DNA of 64,000 nucleotides from Vicinamibacteria bacterium (GCA_963668695.2 CAXXLQ010000004.1:512001-576000), one strand, 5' to 3'; positions 18,958 through 29,340 are shown, counted from the first letter of the stretch. The notes: generated by a model not told the origin, from the letters alone. Made by a program: numbers and translations.

Positions 18958-19857
18958 ATGATCCGATCTCCCCACAACAAGACCCTTCTCTCAACCCTCG
19001 TCGCACTTCTCCTCGCAACCACCGCGTACCCCCAGGACTTCCCCGCCCCCGAAATGGTGGAAATCAGGGGCGGCGTCTTCTTCATGGGATCGCAGGCCGG
19101 CCCGCCCCAGGAAAAGCCGATCCACGCTGTCCAGGTCTCCGACTTCTGGATCTCGAAGTACGAGGTGACCCACGCCCAGTTCGCGGCCTTCGTCGAAGAC
19201 ACCGGCTACGTCACCGAAGCGGAAGAGTTCGGCACCGGCCGGATCCTGCTGGACGGCAGCTTCGGCTACTACCCCGGCTTTACCTGGAAGGAGCCCCACG
19301 GCCCCGGCTCGAAGGTCGAAGAGCCCGACAATTACTCCGTCGTCCAGGTGAGCTGGAACGACGGGGTGGCATACACCCGCTGGCTGAGCCGCAAGACGGG
19401 GCAGGCCTATCGCCTACCGACCGAGGCGGAATGGGAGTACGCCTGCCGCGGAGGCACCCAGACCACCTACTGGTGGGGCGACGAGTTCGATCCCACGATG
19501 CTGAACAGCTCGGTGACCTGGCGGCAGGGAGATGCCCCCTGGCCGCGGGACGAGCACACCCTGATCACCCCGGTGGACCGCTACCCGGCGAACCCCTTCG
19601 GCCTCCACGACATACTCGGCAACAACTGGGAGTGGGTCCAGGACTACGCCTCCGCCGACCACTACGCCACGGAAGTTCGCCGGCCGGAGTCTCCGGTGGT
19701 GGATCCGCAGGGCCCGGCCTCCGGCCACGAGCGCGTGCTCCGCGGCGGCGGCTGGAACGCAACCCCTTCCCGCGCGACCTGCTCCTTCCGCTTCCTCGCC
19801 GATCCGCCGGTGTACCGCAGTGATCACGTGAGCCTACGGGTGGTCCGGAACCCCTGA
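18958..19857 (+). CDS. Formylglycine-generating enzyme (SUMF1/PvdO) family protein, exported
   Basis: F.MGS, YEVT, RLPTEAEWEYACRGG, NPFGLHD..GN.WEW and RGGGW. Confidence 0.92.
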   Translation: MIRSPHNKTLLSTLVALLLATTAYPQDFPAPEMVEIRGGVFFMGSQAGPPQEKPIHAVQVSDFWISKYEVTHAQFAAFVEDTGYVTEAEEFGTGRILLDGSFGYYPGFTWKEPHGPGSKVEEPDNYSVVQVSWNDGVAYTRWLSRKTGQAYRLPTEAEWEYACRGGTQTTYWWGDEFDPTMLNSSVTWRQGDAPWPRDEHTLITPVDRYPANPFGLHDILGNNWEWVQDYASADHYATEVRRPESPVVDPQGPASGHERVLRGGGWNATPSRATCSFRFLADPPVYRSDHVSLRVVRNP

Positions 19858-19926
19858 CCCGGCGAGCAGCCACCGGGATCGCTGTCGGGCAGCCGGGTGG
19901 CGCGCCGCCTAACATCATCTGCAGGC

Positions 19927-21720
19927 ATGAGACCGCTGCACTTTCTCGAGATCGAGAACTTCAAGCGCTTCGGCGAGAAGCAACGTATCGAACTCGATCA
20001 CCCGACCGTTCTGATCGGCCCCAACAACTGCGGCAAGACCACCGCCATTCAGGCTCTGGCGCTCTGGTCCCAAGCGGTGCGCACCTGGTACGAAAACAAG
20101 GGCAAGGCACCGCCCAAGGAACGAACTTCGACTTCGATCAACCGACTCAGCATTGTTGCGGTTCCAGTCCAGCGAACGCGGTATTTCTGGGCCAACACAA
20201 ACGTCCGCCGCGGCAACCAGGACATCCATCTCGTCCTTCGGGTCGGCGTGCTCTACAACAACCGCGTCGAGCCGATAGCCATGCGCTTCCGAAACCAAGG
20301 GGACGAACTCGTCTATTGCACCCCGGACGAAACCACGCTGCAAAACCCCGAGGTCATCAAGCACGCGGCGCAACTGCGGGTCGAACTGCTCTACCCGATG
20401 TCGGGTCTCGAGACCGAAGAACCCGTCTTGCAGCCCGGTCGCATAGATGTGCTGTTGGGGCAGGGCCAAACCGCCCAAGTCCTCCGCAACCTCTGCCTGC
20501 TCGTGCAAAAGGACGCGCCACAGGACTGGGAGAGGATCACCCAACTCATGAAACGGCTGTTCGCGGTCTCATTGGGACAACCCCGACAAACGGCTCGCGG
20601 AAGCATCGATCTGAACTACCGGCAGGAAGGCGTCAGGGACCCGCTGGACATATCCCTGGCCGGACGGGGCTTCCAGCAGATGCTTCTCCTGCTCGCCTAC
20701 CTTTACTCGCACCGCGGCTGCGTGATCCTGATCGATGAGCCCGACGCCCACCTTGAGATTCTGCGCCAGAAGCAGGTGTACGTGCTGCTGCGTGAGCTAG
20801 CAGCCGAGAACGACTCCCAGGTCATCCTCGTTACGCACTCGGAAGTCCTCCTCGACGAAGCCCTTGACCACAATCTCACCCTCCTTCTCGAGGGACGGAC
20901 GGAAGATCTCACCGCGAAGCGGGACATCCGCAACGCCCTGCAGCACTACGGCACAGACTCCTATGTCCGGGCGCGTCAGTGCGGGCACGTCCTGTATGTT
21001 GAAGGAAGGACCGACCTCCAGATCCTTCGCGGGCTGGCACGCCGCCTGGACCACCCGGCGTCTGAGGTTCTGGACGAGGGGATCAACATCTACCACGTCC
21101 GCGACAACTTTCCAAGCGCAACGACGGAATCGGAAATGGCGCGAGTCGAGCGCAGCTTTGGAATGCCCCCGATGGACCACTTCTCCGCACTCCGGCCCCT
21201 GGTCCCTACCCTTCGGGGACTGGCCATCCTGGATTCGGATCGCGGCCGGAAGGAAGATCAGGATAGGGGTGGATTGCTTATCACCCACTGGCGCCGCTAT
21301 GAGGGCGAAAACTACTTTGTGACCCCGCAGCTCTTAAAGCGGTACGCGATGCGCGCCTATGAGGCCGCGACCCTCTTCAGCCAGTTCGAGCAGGAGATTC
21401 AGGACGTACTGGATGGGCTTGTCCAGGAACAGATCTTCGCCGGCAACTCCAAGGACTTTGGAACGTGGAAGGAGTTGGACGGCAATGCGGAACGAATCGT
21501 CTGGGAAGCCCGAACCGAGCGAATCAAACTGAGCACCTTCGCCGAGAACTTCTTTCGACGCCTCGCTCAGAGGGTGGGAAGTCCGATGCTGCTTCGCAAA
21601 GGGGAATTGCACCGGCTCCTGGAGCTTGTAGAACCGGAGCAGATTGACGCCGAAGTCGCAGAAAAGCTTGATCTGGTTGCCGACCTGTTGGCACCCAAGG
21701 CGGAGGGCGACGACAATTGA
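19927..21720 (+). CDS. ABC-type ATPase with a TOPRIM-like C-terminal domain (OLD-family-like nuclease)
   Basis: IENFKRF, Walker A GPNNCGKT, Walker B ILIDEPDAHL, VTHSE, then YVEGRTD...ILDSD...YEGENY. Confidence 0.8.
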   Translation: MRPLHFLEIENFKRFGEKQRIELDHPTVLIGPNNCGKTTAIQALALWSQAVRTWYENKGKAPPKERTSTSINRLSIVAVPVQRTRYFWANTNVRRGNQDIHLVLRVGVLYNNRVEPIAMRFRNQGDELVYCTPDETTLQNPEVIKHAAQLRVELLYPMSGLETEEPVLQPGRIDVLLGQGQTAQVLRNLCLLVQKDAPQDWERITQLMKRLFAVSLGQPRQTARGSIDLNYRQEGVRDPLDISLAGRGFQQMLLLLAYLYSHRGCVILIDEPDAHLEILRQKQVYVLLRELAAENDSQVILVTHSEVLLDEALDHNLTLLLEGRTEDLTAKRDIRNALQHYGTDSYVRARQCGHVLYVEGRTDLQILRGLARRLDHPASEVLDEGINIYHVRDNFPSATTESEMARVERSFGMPPMDHFSALRPLVPTLRGLAILDSDRGRKEDQDRGGLLITHWRRYEGENYFVTPQLLKRYAMRAYEAATLFSQFEQEIQDVLDGLVQEQIFAGNSKDFGTWKELDGNAERIVWEARTERIKLSTFAENFFRRLAQRVGSPMLLRKGELHRLLELVEPEQIDAEVAEKLDLVADLLAPKAEGDDN

Positions 21721-21941
21721 GCTGGGTCGGAGAGCTTGCCCTCCCAGTGGGTGGCGCGGGTCGCGTGTTCGGCCGCGCTTCCATCAGGGTCCGACGCTCC
21801 CGAGAATCAAGGTGAGACTGGGCATTCGCTGACGAGGTCGCTCCGCCCGCCGCCTTCCGGGAACCCCACCTTTGGAACAGCGGCGGCCGGGCGTTGCCGG
21901 GCGGTATCGTCCTGCCGGACTCTCCTCAGCCGCTGACCGCC

Positions 21942-22265
21942 ATGCCCATCCCTTCTGACCCCAAGATCCGACGAGCCCTCCTGGAACTCGCTTCCGACGG
22001 CAAGATCCACCGCCTGCTCCACGCCGTGGACTCGCTGACGAACCGTTTCGACCTGACCCCCGCCGAACGCAACGAGAAGACTCCTGCCGGCAACAAACGA
22101 TTCTACGACCGCGTCTCCTTCGCCAGTCTCGACGTGCGCCGGCACCACCTGCTCGACGCCATGGGACGCGGCCACTTTCGCATCACTCCCCGCGGCTACA
22201 CCCTCCTGAAGGAACACCCTGGCCCGTACCCCGACTCCGCCCTTCGAACCTACGGACGCAGCTGA
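21942..22265 (+). CDS. Mrr N-terminal winged-helix-only protein
   Basis: MPIP..., FDLTPAER, FYDRVSFA and RGHFRITPRG match Mrr_N; no catalytic domain follows. Confidence 0.75.
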   Translation: MPIPSDPKIRRALLELASDGKIHRLLHAVDSLTNRFDLTPAERNEKTPAGNKRFYDRVSFASLDVRRHHLLDAMGRGHFRITPRGYTLLKEHPGPYPDSALRTYGRS

Positions 22266-22326
22266 CGCCTAAACCGGCGCTATCGCGACTTTGTGTTTCC
22301 TCCCGCGAGCGGGGCCGACTTCCACC

Positions 22327-22560
22327 TCAGAGCCTCAGGTAGCTTCCGAAATCCGGGATCGCTCCCCCCTCCACTTCGGCCGCCCACGCGGACAGCCTCT
22401 CCTTGCCGCGGGGCCAGGAATCCGCGCAACGCGTGAAGTACTCCAGCACGACCGCGGACTCGCCCTGCTGCAGGAGATCGCGGGCGAGAGCCATGTTCGG
22501 GCGTTCGACCACTGTTCCGCCGGAGAATTCGGCGGCCATCAGGACACGCTCCCGGGCCTC
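22327..22560 (-). pseudogene. C-terminal fragment of a TPR-like protein
   Basis: EARERVLMAA...PNMALARDLLQQGE..VLEYF..C...W..G...L..W...V..G.IPDFG resembles a C-terminal module I recall from larger TPR proteins. It is preceded in frame by TGA. Confidence 0.5.
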
Positions 22561-22653
22561 TCATTCTTCTTCGATCCATGCGGACTACGGACCCACTCTC
22601 GCCTCGGTCCGGGACGTGGCGCGCCCGGCGGAGCCGAGCGACGCCGCGGGTGG

Positions 22654-23439
22654 TCAGCGGGCGCAGGTGAGGTGCCGTCCCCCGTCCACCGGAATCGTCA
22701 CCCCGGTACAGAAGCCCGCCTCGTCCGATAGCAGGAAGAGGGCGAGGTCGGCCACCTCTTCGGGCCTCCCGATCCGGCCGATGGGGTGGGTGGTCTTGCT
22801 GTGCTCCACGAACGCCGCGTAGCGCTCGTCGTCGAGACCGCCCGCGGTGTGGAGTTCGGTGCGGGTAACACCGGGGTTCACGGAGTTGACGCGCACTCCC
22901 TTGGCGGCGAGTTCGAGCGCCGCGCAGCGCGTCAACTGATCGAGGGCCGACTTGCTCGAGTTGTAGGCCAGCACTCCCGGGAAAGAACGGATCCCGTTGA
23001 CGCTGGAGACGTTCACGATGCTCCCCTGCCGCTCCAGCAGGTGGGGCACCGAAAGCCGCATCAGGTCGAAGACCGCCTCCACGTTCAGGGCGAACATCCG
23101 CTGCCAGGCGTCGAGCGCGGTGTTCTCGATGGTGCCGAAGGCGATCACTCCGGCGGAGTTCACGAGGTGATCGAGCCCGCCGAAACGGCTCACCGTCTCA
23201 TCGACGACCCGGGAGCGGAAGTCCGCATCCGTCACGTCCCCCGCGAGCGGCAGCGCTCCTCCGCCCGCTCCTTCGATCTCTTTGGCCAGCGCCCCCAGCC
23301 TCTCCGGCCGGCGGGCGGTAACGGTGACCATTGCCCCCTCGGCGCCGAGCGCCAGGGCGGTGGCCCGCCCGATGCCGCTGGAGGCTCCGGTCACGATGGC
23401 GACCTTGTTCTGAAAGCGGTTCTGCGCGCGATTCGGCAC
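22654..23439 (-). CDS. Short-chain dehydrogenase/reductase
   Basis: TGASSGIG, VNSAG, YNSSK and VNPG; GTG start after a GAGGAG SD. Confidence 0.92.
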   Translation of the reverse strand: MPNRAQNRFQNKVAIVTGASSGIGRATALALGAEGAMVTVTARRPERLGALAKEIEGAGGGALPLAGDVTDADFRSRVVDETVSRFGGLDHLVNSAGVIAFGTIENTALDAWQRMFALNVEAVFDLMRLSVPHLLERQGSIVNVSSVNGIRSFPGVLAYNSSKSALDQLTRCAALELAAKGVRVNSVNPGVTRTELHTAGGLDDERYAAFVEHSKTTHPIGRIGRPEEVADLALFLLSDEAGFCTGVTIPVDGGRHLTCAR

Positions 23440-23534
23440 CGTTGTTCTCCTCTCTCCGGCAGCGGCGGCTCTGCGCCGCCCGCTGGACATCCCCAAACCC
23501 CGAGCGGGAGACTATCGCCCACAGAACACGATTC

Positions 23535-24527
23535 GTGCCCGAATATCCCGACGTTGAGTTGTACCGCCGCGCAGTCGCAGCGCGGATCGTGGGCGCGCGT
23601 CTCTCCGGTTTCCGGATCGCGTCGCCACACCTGCTCGCCTCGGTCGAGCCGGCGCCCGAGGCGCTGGTCGGCCGCCACGCCACTGGGGTGCAGCGGATCG
23701 GAAAGCAGCTCGTGATGGAGTTCGAGGAGGATCTTTTCTGCGCCGTCCACCTGGCGGTGGCGGGACGGTTCCACTGGACGGAGGGTTCCGGTACCGGGAA
23801 ACCGGTGCGCCTCTCGCCCCGCGGGAATCTCGCAGTCTGGACTTTCGAGTGGACTTTCGAGTCTGGCCCGGCGGAAGGCGGACACCTCCGGCTCGTCGAG
23901 CGGAGTCCCAAGAAGCGGGCCTCCATCCGGGTCGGCCGAGGTCCGGATCAACTCATGGCGCTCGACCGCGGCGGCCTCGAAATCCCCGGTTCCACCCGGG
24001 AGGCTTTCGCGGCCCGGCTCGCGGGTTTGACCCGCACCATCAAGCGTGCACTGACCGAACCGGCCCGCTTCGCCGGGATCGGGAATGCCTATTCCGACGA
24101 GATCCTGCATCGCGCCCGCCTGTCGCCCACGAAGCGCGCCGGCAGCCTCAGCGACGAGGAGGTCGGACGGCTCCATGGGGCGGCCGAGTCCGTGCTCACC
24201 GAGTGGGCGGCGAAGCTCCAGGACGAGTGCGGGAGGGCTTTTCCCACCGGCGTCACCGCTTTCCGCGAGGGAATGGCCGTTCACGGCCGCTTCGGCCAGC
24301 CGTGCCCCGACTGCGGCTCCCCGGTGCAGCGGGTTCGACGCGCCGAGAACGAGTTCAACTACTGCGCGACCTGTCAGACCGGGGGGAAACTGCTGGCCGA
24401 TCGGGCGATGTCACGGTTGCTGCGGAAGAAGTGGCCGCGGACGCTCAAGGCGGCCGAGGAGCGCCGGCGGCGGCTGGGGGGGCCAACTTCCGAGTCACCG
24501 TCCGAGCAGGAGCCCGAATCAGCTTGA
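23535..24527 (+). CDS. Fpg/Nei family DNA glycosylase
   Basis: N-terminal (M)PEYPDV, RIGKQL, H2TH GIGNAYSDEIL and zinc finger CPDC...CATCQ. Confidence 0.9.
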   Translation: MPEYPDVELYRRAVAARIVGARLSGFRIASPHLLASVEPAPEALVGRHATGVQRIGKQLVMEFEEDLFCAVHLAVAGRFHWTEGSGTGKPVRLSPRGNLAVWTFEWTFESGPAEGGHLRLVERSPKKRASIRVGRGPDQLMALDRGGLEIPGSTREAFAARLAGLTRTIKRALTEPARFAGIGNAYSDEILHRARLSPTKRAGSLSDEEVGRLHGAAESVLTEWAAKLQDECGRAFPTGVTAFREGMAVHGRFGQPCPDCGSPVQRVRRAENEFNYCATCQTGGKLLADRAMSRLLRKKWPRTLKAAEERRRRLGGPTSESPSEQEPESA

Positions 24528-24566
24528 GTAGGGCGGAATCCCCGGGAACTCAGATCCTGGGAATGG

Positions 24567-24615
24567 TTGACACTTGCACGTTCGTGCACAAACACACTAG
24601 TCTTCTGTCTAGTCA
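24567..24615 (+). promoter_or_regulatory. Putative autoregulated promoter/operator of the phd-vapC module
   Basis: TTGACA/TTGCAC, palindrome TGCACG-TT-CGTGCA, TAGTCT -10 candidate and repeated CTAGTC. Confidence 0.5.
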
Positions 24616-24632
24616 GTAAAAGGGAGAACACC

Positions 24633-24893
24633 ATGAGCAACCGATGGCAGGTTCAGACCGCGAAGGCCCGATTCAGCGAGTTTTTGGAAAAGAGCCTGGA
24701 CGAGGGACCCCAGATCGTTACCCGGCGCGGAGTCGAGACTGCGGTGCTTGTGCCGATTGAGCAATGGCGGCGCCTCGAGCGCATGACCAAACCCGATTTG
24801 AAGCAACTGCTTCTCTCAACGGACGCTCGCACCGACTCCTTGACCCCACCTCGACGTCGATTCTCCCGGCGCCCGCCTCCGGATCTCGACTAG
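24633..24893 (+). CDS. Phd/YefM family antitoxin
   Basis: WQVQTAKARFSE...GPQIVTRRG..AVLV. Confidence 0.92.
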   Translation: MSNRWQVQTAKARFSEFLEKSLDEGPQIVTRRGVETAVLVPIEQWRRLERMTKPDLKQLLLSTDARTDSLTPPRRRFSRRPPPDLD

Positions 24894-24897
24894 CCCC

Positions 24898-25308
24898 GTG
24901 TATCTCCTCGACACGAATGTCGTCTCGGAACTTCGTCGCCAAAGACCTCACCCCGCGGTCGAGGAATGGATTCGACCCATACCCGCGGAAAAACTCCTTC
25001 TCTCGGCCGTGACGGTCGGCGAAATCCAGGCCGGAATCGAGTTCACCCAGGAACAGGACCGTTCCAAAGCCAAGGAACTCGAGGTGTGGCTTGACCAGGT
25101 GATCGCCAGCTACCAGATTCTGTTCCTTGATGCTCCGGTGATGCGCGAGTGGGCTCGGCTCATGCACCGGAAATCGGACACGCTGATTCAGGATGCTTTG
25201 ATTGCCGCAACCGCCGCAGTCCACCGATTGACCGTGGTAACCCGGAATGTCCGGGATTTCGAACAGTTCGGCGTCGGGACATTCAATCCATTTCGTCATC
25301 AGGCATAG
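24898..25308 (+). CDS. vapC: VapC PIN-domain toxin
   Basis: YLLDTNVVSE, DALIAATA and TRNVRDF. Confidence 0.93.
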   Translation: MYLLDTNVVSELRRQRPHPAVEEWIRPIPAEKLLLSAVTVGEIQAGIEFTQEQDRSKAKELEVWLDQVIASYQILFLDAPVMREWARLMHRKSDTLIQDALIAATAAVHRLTVVTRNVRDFEQFGVGTFNPFRHQA

Positions 25309-25430
25309 CTGTCGCCCCCGCGAAGGTCAGCGGCGGCGACATCGCGGCCCTCTCAGGCCGCGATGTCGGCACCGCAGGTCGGCGTTCCCTGCCCCGGCCG
25401 CGTTTCACGCGGATCAGGACTACGCGCTCC

Positions 25431-25508
25431 CGCGCGATATCGCGACACCTACGGAAGAAGTGGCCGAGGACGCTCAAGGCGGCCGAAGAACGCCGACGGC
25501 GGGTGGGG
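25431..25508 (+). repeat. Diverged duplicate of the Fpg/Nei gene 3' region (24402-24479)
   Basis: Encodes RAISRHLRKKWPRTLKAAEERRRRVG versus RAMSRLLRKKWPRTLKAAEERRRRLG in the intact gene. Confidence 0.85.
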
Positions 25509-25771
25509 CTCCGAGTCCGGGCCGCCCGAGGAAAGGCCGCCGGGACTGAAACCATTCCGATTCTCGGACGGGCGTTACTCGCCCAGATTTAAACCCGGCG
25601 AGTCCCTCGGCCGCCGGCCGAACTTCGGCTAACGAGCTGCCCGCTCCTGCCCCCGGCTCGAACAGAGCTACCCAGTCGACCGCCCCGCGCGCGCCGTGGG
25701 CCAGCTCGAAGGTCGCCTTTGACAGGAGCGGAGTGTCGGCGCGCTCAAGGGCGGTTCCTCACGAGCGAGCG

Positions 25772-27622
25772 TCACGGCTGTTCTTGGCGGAAGTACGGAT
25801 GTCCCATGAGGATGGGCGCTTGCTGCGGCCCGCCAATGCGCTCGATCTCGAGCTCCTCGAACAGAACCGACGGCGCGACGACAGCCGCCGGGATGCCCTG
25901 GCCACCGGGGCCGGCAAAGCCAAGGCCGCGAAAAAACCCGCCTCCGCCTGACTCCAGGAACCGATTGTTGACGTACTGATCCTCACCGCTAGCCACGATG
26001 TCCCGCAGGCTCTGCACCGACACATCCCGAAAGCGGAGACCACGCACCAGCTCTTCCCTGCCGTCCTCGACGTAGACCTTGTACGCAATGACCGGGCTCG
26101 TGAGTTGAGACTGGGACATTCCACCCTGCATGAGAACGAAGATGCTCGCCGGGCTCGACAGGTCGCTCCCGGTGATTCCGGGATCGTCGAGCACGCTTAC
26201 CAGAAGACCGTAGTCGAGCCCGGCGTCCCTGGCCATGTTGATCAGCTCCGCCTTCAACGCCTCCGCGCTCAGCCCGCCCTCGGCCCGAACGAGGAGGTTG
26301 CCCGGCTGGGCAGTCGCCGACCCGAACGTTCCAGCGCGACCATGCCCATTGGATTGGGGGATCTCCCGCCGCGGCCGACGAGACATCAGCAGCGTTCGCA
26401 AGATACCGCGTTCGATGAGCGTCACCGGCTGAGAACGCACGCCCTGATCATCGGCGGCGTAACTCCCGATGAGCGTCTCGCCGGCAAAGGACGCCTGCGT
26501 CGGGTCGTCAACCACATCGAAGGATGCCGGCAACACCCGCCGATTCAACCGGTTGGCGAGACCGCTGGACGGCATCATCGCCGCCATGCGTTCGTCCTCG
26601 AGGAGTGGAGGTCGATGGCCGGACAGTTGGGCACCGAGGAGCTGGGCGAAGAATTCGGGGGAGGCCTGCCCGGAGACCAAGACCGGGCCGATGTAGCCAC
26701 CGAGAACGGGAGCCGCAGCCAAGGCCGTCAATTCGCTTGCCATGCTTCGGACGGCAGCTTCCATCTCAGCTTCCGCCGGCAAGTCCTCAACGGCGCGCTC
26801 ATAGAACGGGGCGAAGTGCTTCAGCCGCATCCCGTCTGGCGCCCGGGTGGCCGCCCGCGCATAGAGGACGGCGAGTGATGCTGGCCGGCGGACTACGCTG
26901 CCATCGCTGTTGACGAGGTACTTGTGGCCCCGCTCGACGCGCAACGTCACGCTGGATTCGTCAATCGCCGAGTACTCCCTGAATACCTCGGACAACCTCC
27001 GCAGGGTCCCTTGCCATGCCTCCGCATCGAACGCGGACTCCGCAGGGGGCTCAACCAGCACGGAAGCCCCCTCGACGGAAAAGTCGGGCACGGGTTCGTC
27101 CTGAACCCGGTTCTGGAGGAAGGCACGCTTCTGCGCAAGCTGCTCCAAGGCCTCCTTGTACGCGGCATCGGTCGCCAGCCAGAGATCGTGGCGCAGGGCG
27201 TCATAGTCGTCGTCTCGCACGAGATTCCGCGGAAAGCGCCCGATCCGGATAAAGGACGGCCCTGCGACGAACTCGCTGTTGTCGAGCTCGTGGCTCCCGA
27301 CCCGGACGTCGACGCGCAGCGACCGCATGTGCGTCTGGTCGTTGCGCACACTCGCCCCGAACGTCGCCTCGATAACCGTCAGTTCCGTGTCGACCACCGC
27401 GTACTCGATGAAGTACGGCCGCTCCAGTTCCTCCAGTTGCAGCGTGTCGGTAGACCGTACGAGTTCATCGCGCATCGCGCGCAGCAGAACGTCGGATTGC
27501 TGTGCAGCTCCCGGCTGCTCTCCCGCCGTCTGCCACTCTCCGGCTGCAGGATGGGCACAGAGGGAGAGGAGCAAGACCCATATGCAGAAACGGGCCGACC
27601 GGATGCCTGAGCCAGTCATCAC
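25772..27622 (-). CDS. TldD/PmbA-family protein (non-catalytic partner-like), exported
   Basis: Signal peptide, AMRDEL.RS, VRVGS.ELDN, DDPT, DDQGV and SNGHGR; no HExxxH. Confidence 0.8.
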   Translation of the reverse strand: MMTGSGIRSARFCIWVLLLSLCAHPAAGEWQTAGEQPGAAQQSDVLLRAMRDELVRSTDTLQLEELERPYFIEYAVVDTELTVIEATFGASVRNDQTHMRSLRVDVRVGSHELDNSEFVAGPSFIRIGRFPRNLVRDDDYDALRHDLWLATDAAYKEALEQLAQKRAFLQNRVQDEPVPDFSVEGASVLVEPPAESAFDAEAWQGTLRRLSEVFREYSAIDESSVTLRVERGHKYLVNSDGSVVRRPASLAVLYARAATRAPDGMRLKHFAPFYERAVEDLPAEAEMEAAVRSMASELTALAAAPVLGGYIGPVLVSGQASPEFFAQLLGAQLSGHRPPLLEDERMAAMMPSSGLANRLNRRVLPASFDVVDDPTQASFAGETLIGSYAADDQGVRSQPVTLIERGILRTLLMSRRPRREIPQSNGHGRAGTFGSATAQPGNLLVRAEGGLSAEALKAELINMARDAGLDYGLLVSVLDDPGITGSDLSSPASIFVLMQGGMSQSQLTSPVIAYKVYVEDGREELVRGLRFRDVSVQSLRDIVASGEDQYVNNRFLESGGGGFFRGLGFAGPGGQGIPAAVVAPSVLFEELEIERIGGPQQAPILMGHPYFRQEQP

Positions 27623-29340
27623 CGGCCCTCTCTTTCCGGCCGAGGCAGCAACGGCGGTCTGTCGGCGGCCTTCGGTTGCTTCTGGATCTCGATTTGCGCC
27701 GTGAGGATGGCAGGAGCGACCCCCGAGACCGGGACCATTCCCGATTCGGCGCCACAGAAGCCGTTGAAGACTTGCTGCTCGGTCCCGGTGGCGATGATCC
27801 CGCTGAACGAGATCAGGGGAGTGCCGATCAGGTCAGCGCCGCGAACCAACTCGTCCGGCCGCCCGTCGGCGTACACCCGGTAGACCATGATCGGGGTCAC
27901 CTGGAACACCTGCGGAACCATGCGCCCCGTGAAGGTGAAGCCGCCGGCGATCTCGGTGAACAGCAGGCCGAACTCCTTCCCCTGTCGCTCGATCTCCTCG
28001 ACCAGCAGATCCCGCAGTTCCGAGTCCGACACGGTCTGGGAGGATTCGACAATCAGGTTGCTCTGCCGCCCAACCGGGGCCCGCCCCGGCTGCCTCCTCC
28101 CGTGTCCGTTCGATTGAGCGAAGCCCTCCACGGGTGACCGCGACATGAGGAAGTTCCGCAGCACGCCGTTCTCCACCACCGTTACGGGACGTGACCGCAC
28201 GCCCTCGTCGTCGATCCGGTAGTGACCCGCCAGGTCGGTGCCACCAGCGCGTTCCCGGGTCGGATCGCTGTATACGGAGACGAACTCCGGCAGGATCCGC
28301 TCGCCGATCTTCTTGGTGAACGTCTGGCCCTCCGTTTCGCTCTTCTGCCTATGGCCTTCAATCCGGTGACCGAAGATCTCGTGGAAGAAGACGGCCGCGG
28401 CACGACCCGAGAGGATCGCCGGCCCGGTGTAGGGCTCGATCGCCGGCGCTTCACGGAGTGCGAGCAGATCGGTCACCATACGGTCGATGGCTTGCCGCAC
28501 GGTGTCCTCCCCTGCGAGCCGATCGGGCGAGTGGGCATCGAACGACTCGTACCGATACAGTTCCATGCCGTCGTCCGCACTGGTCGCCGCGTACAGCGCG
28601 ACGCGTACTTGAACCGTGCCGTGCTGAACCTTGGTGCCCTCGCTGTTGACGAGGTACTTGTTGGTTGCGATGGCCGTCAGCGTGGCGTTGGACTCGTGGA
28701 TCTCGGGGTGCGAATCAAGCAGGGCCGAGTACTCCTTCAGGCGCTCTCTCCATGGCTCCACATCGATTGCGATGGAAGCGAGCGGCCCGATGGCCACCTC
28801 CGGTGATTCCCGGGAGAAGTCCGCCGAGCCGTCCTCCTCGTCGACCGTCACCGCCTGGTTGGTCTTGACCTTGACGAGTTGATCCGCAGCAGCCTTGTAC
28901 TTGCGATCGGTGTGCAGCCAGAGAATGCTCTTGATGGCATCGTTGTCATCCTCCAGCGGAATGGCCACGGGCCCGCTGAAGTCGCGCAGCCGCGCGAAGG
29001 GCATCGCGTCGCGAACCTCGTGGGTGTTGTCCAGTTGGTAGTCGCCGACCCGCACATCGACATCGAGAAGCCGCGATCGCCTGGACGTACTCGAGCGCAA
29101 TGCCCCGTATGACGAGACGAGCCTCGTCTGTTCGGTCTCGGTGACCGAGTAGCTCATGAAGTAGGGAGGCGGGTCGGCGTTCCCGCTCAGCTCGTTCATC
29201 GAGCGCTGCAGCTCCTCCTCCATAGGCCGCAGGAGCAGGCTACTCTCCGGCCCCTGCGCGCGGGCACGTTCCGCAGCGATGTAGCAACAGCCAACGGTCA
29301 CGACGACAGCGACCGCGAGAGTCTTCGTGAGTTGATTCAT
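27619..29340 (-). CDS. TldD-family metallopeptidase, exported
   Basis: FFHEIFGHRIEG, SNGHGR and FNGFCGAESG..PVS; signal peptide; 4-bp overlap with the partner gene. Confidence 0.88.
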   Translation of the reverse strand: MNQLTKTLAVAVVVTVGCCYIAAERARAQGPESSLLLRPMEEELQRSMNELSGNADPPPYFMSYSVTETEQTRLVSSYGALRSSTSRRSRLLDVDVRVGDYQLDNTHEVRDAMPFARLRDFSGPVAIPLEDDNDAIKSILWLHTDRKYKAAADQLVKVKTNQAVTVDEEDGSADFSRESPEVAIGPLASIAIDVEPWRERLKEYSALLDSHPEIHESNATLTAIATNKYLVNSEGTKVQHGTVQVRVALYAATSADDGMELYRYESFDAHSPDRLAGEDTVRQAIDRMVTDLLALREAPAIEPYTGPAILSGRAAAVFFHEIFGHRIEGHRQKSETEGQTFTKKIGERILPEFVSVYSDPTRERAGGTDLAGHYRIDDEGVRSRPVTVVENGVLRNFLMSRSPVEGFAQSNGHGRRQPGRAPVGRQSNLIVESSQTVSDSELRDLLVEEIERQGKEFGLLFTEIAGGFTFTGRMVPQVFQVTPIMVYRVYADGRPDELVRGADLIGTPLISFSGIIATGTEQQVFNGFCGAESGMVPVSGVAPAILTAQIEIQKQPKAADRPPLLPRPEREGR

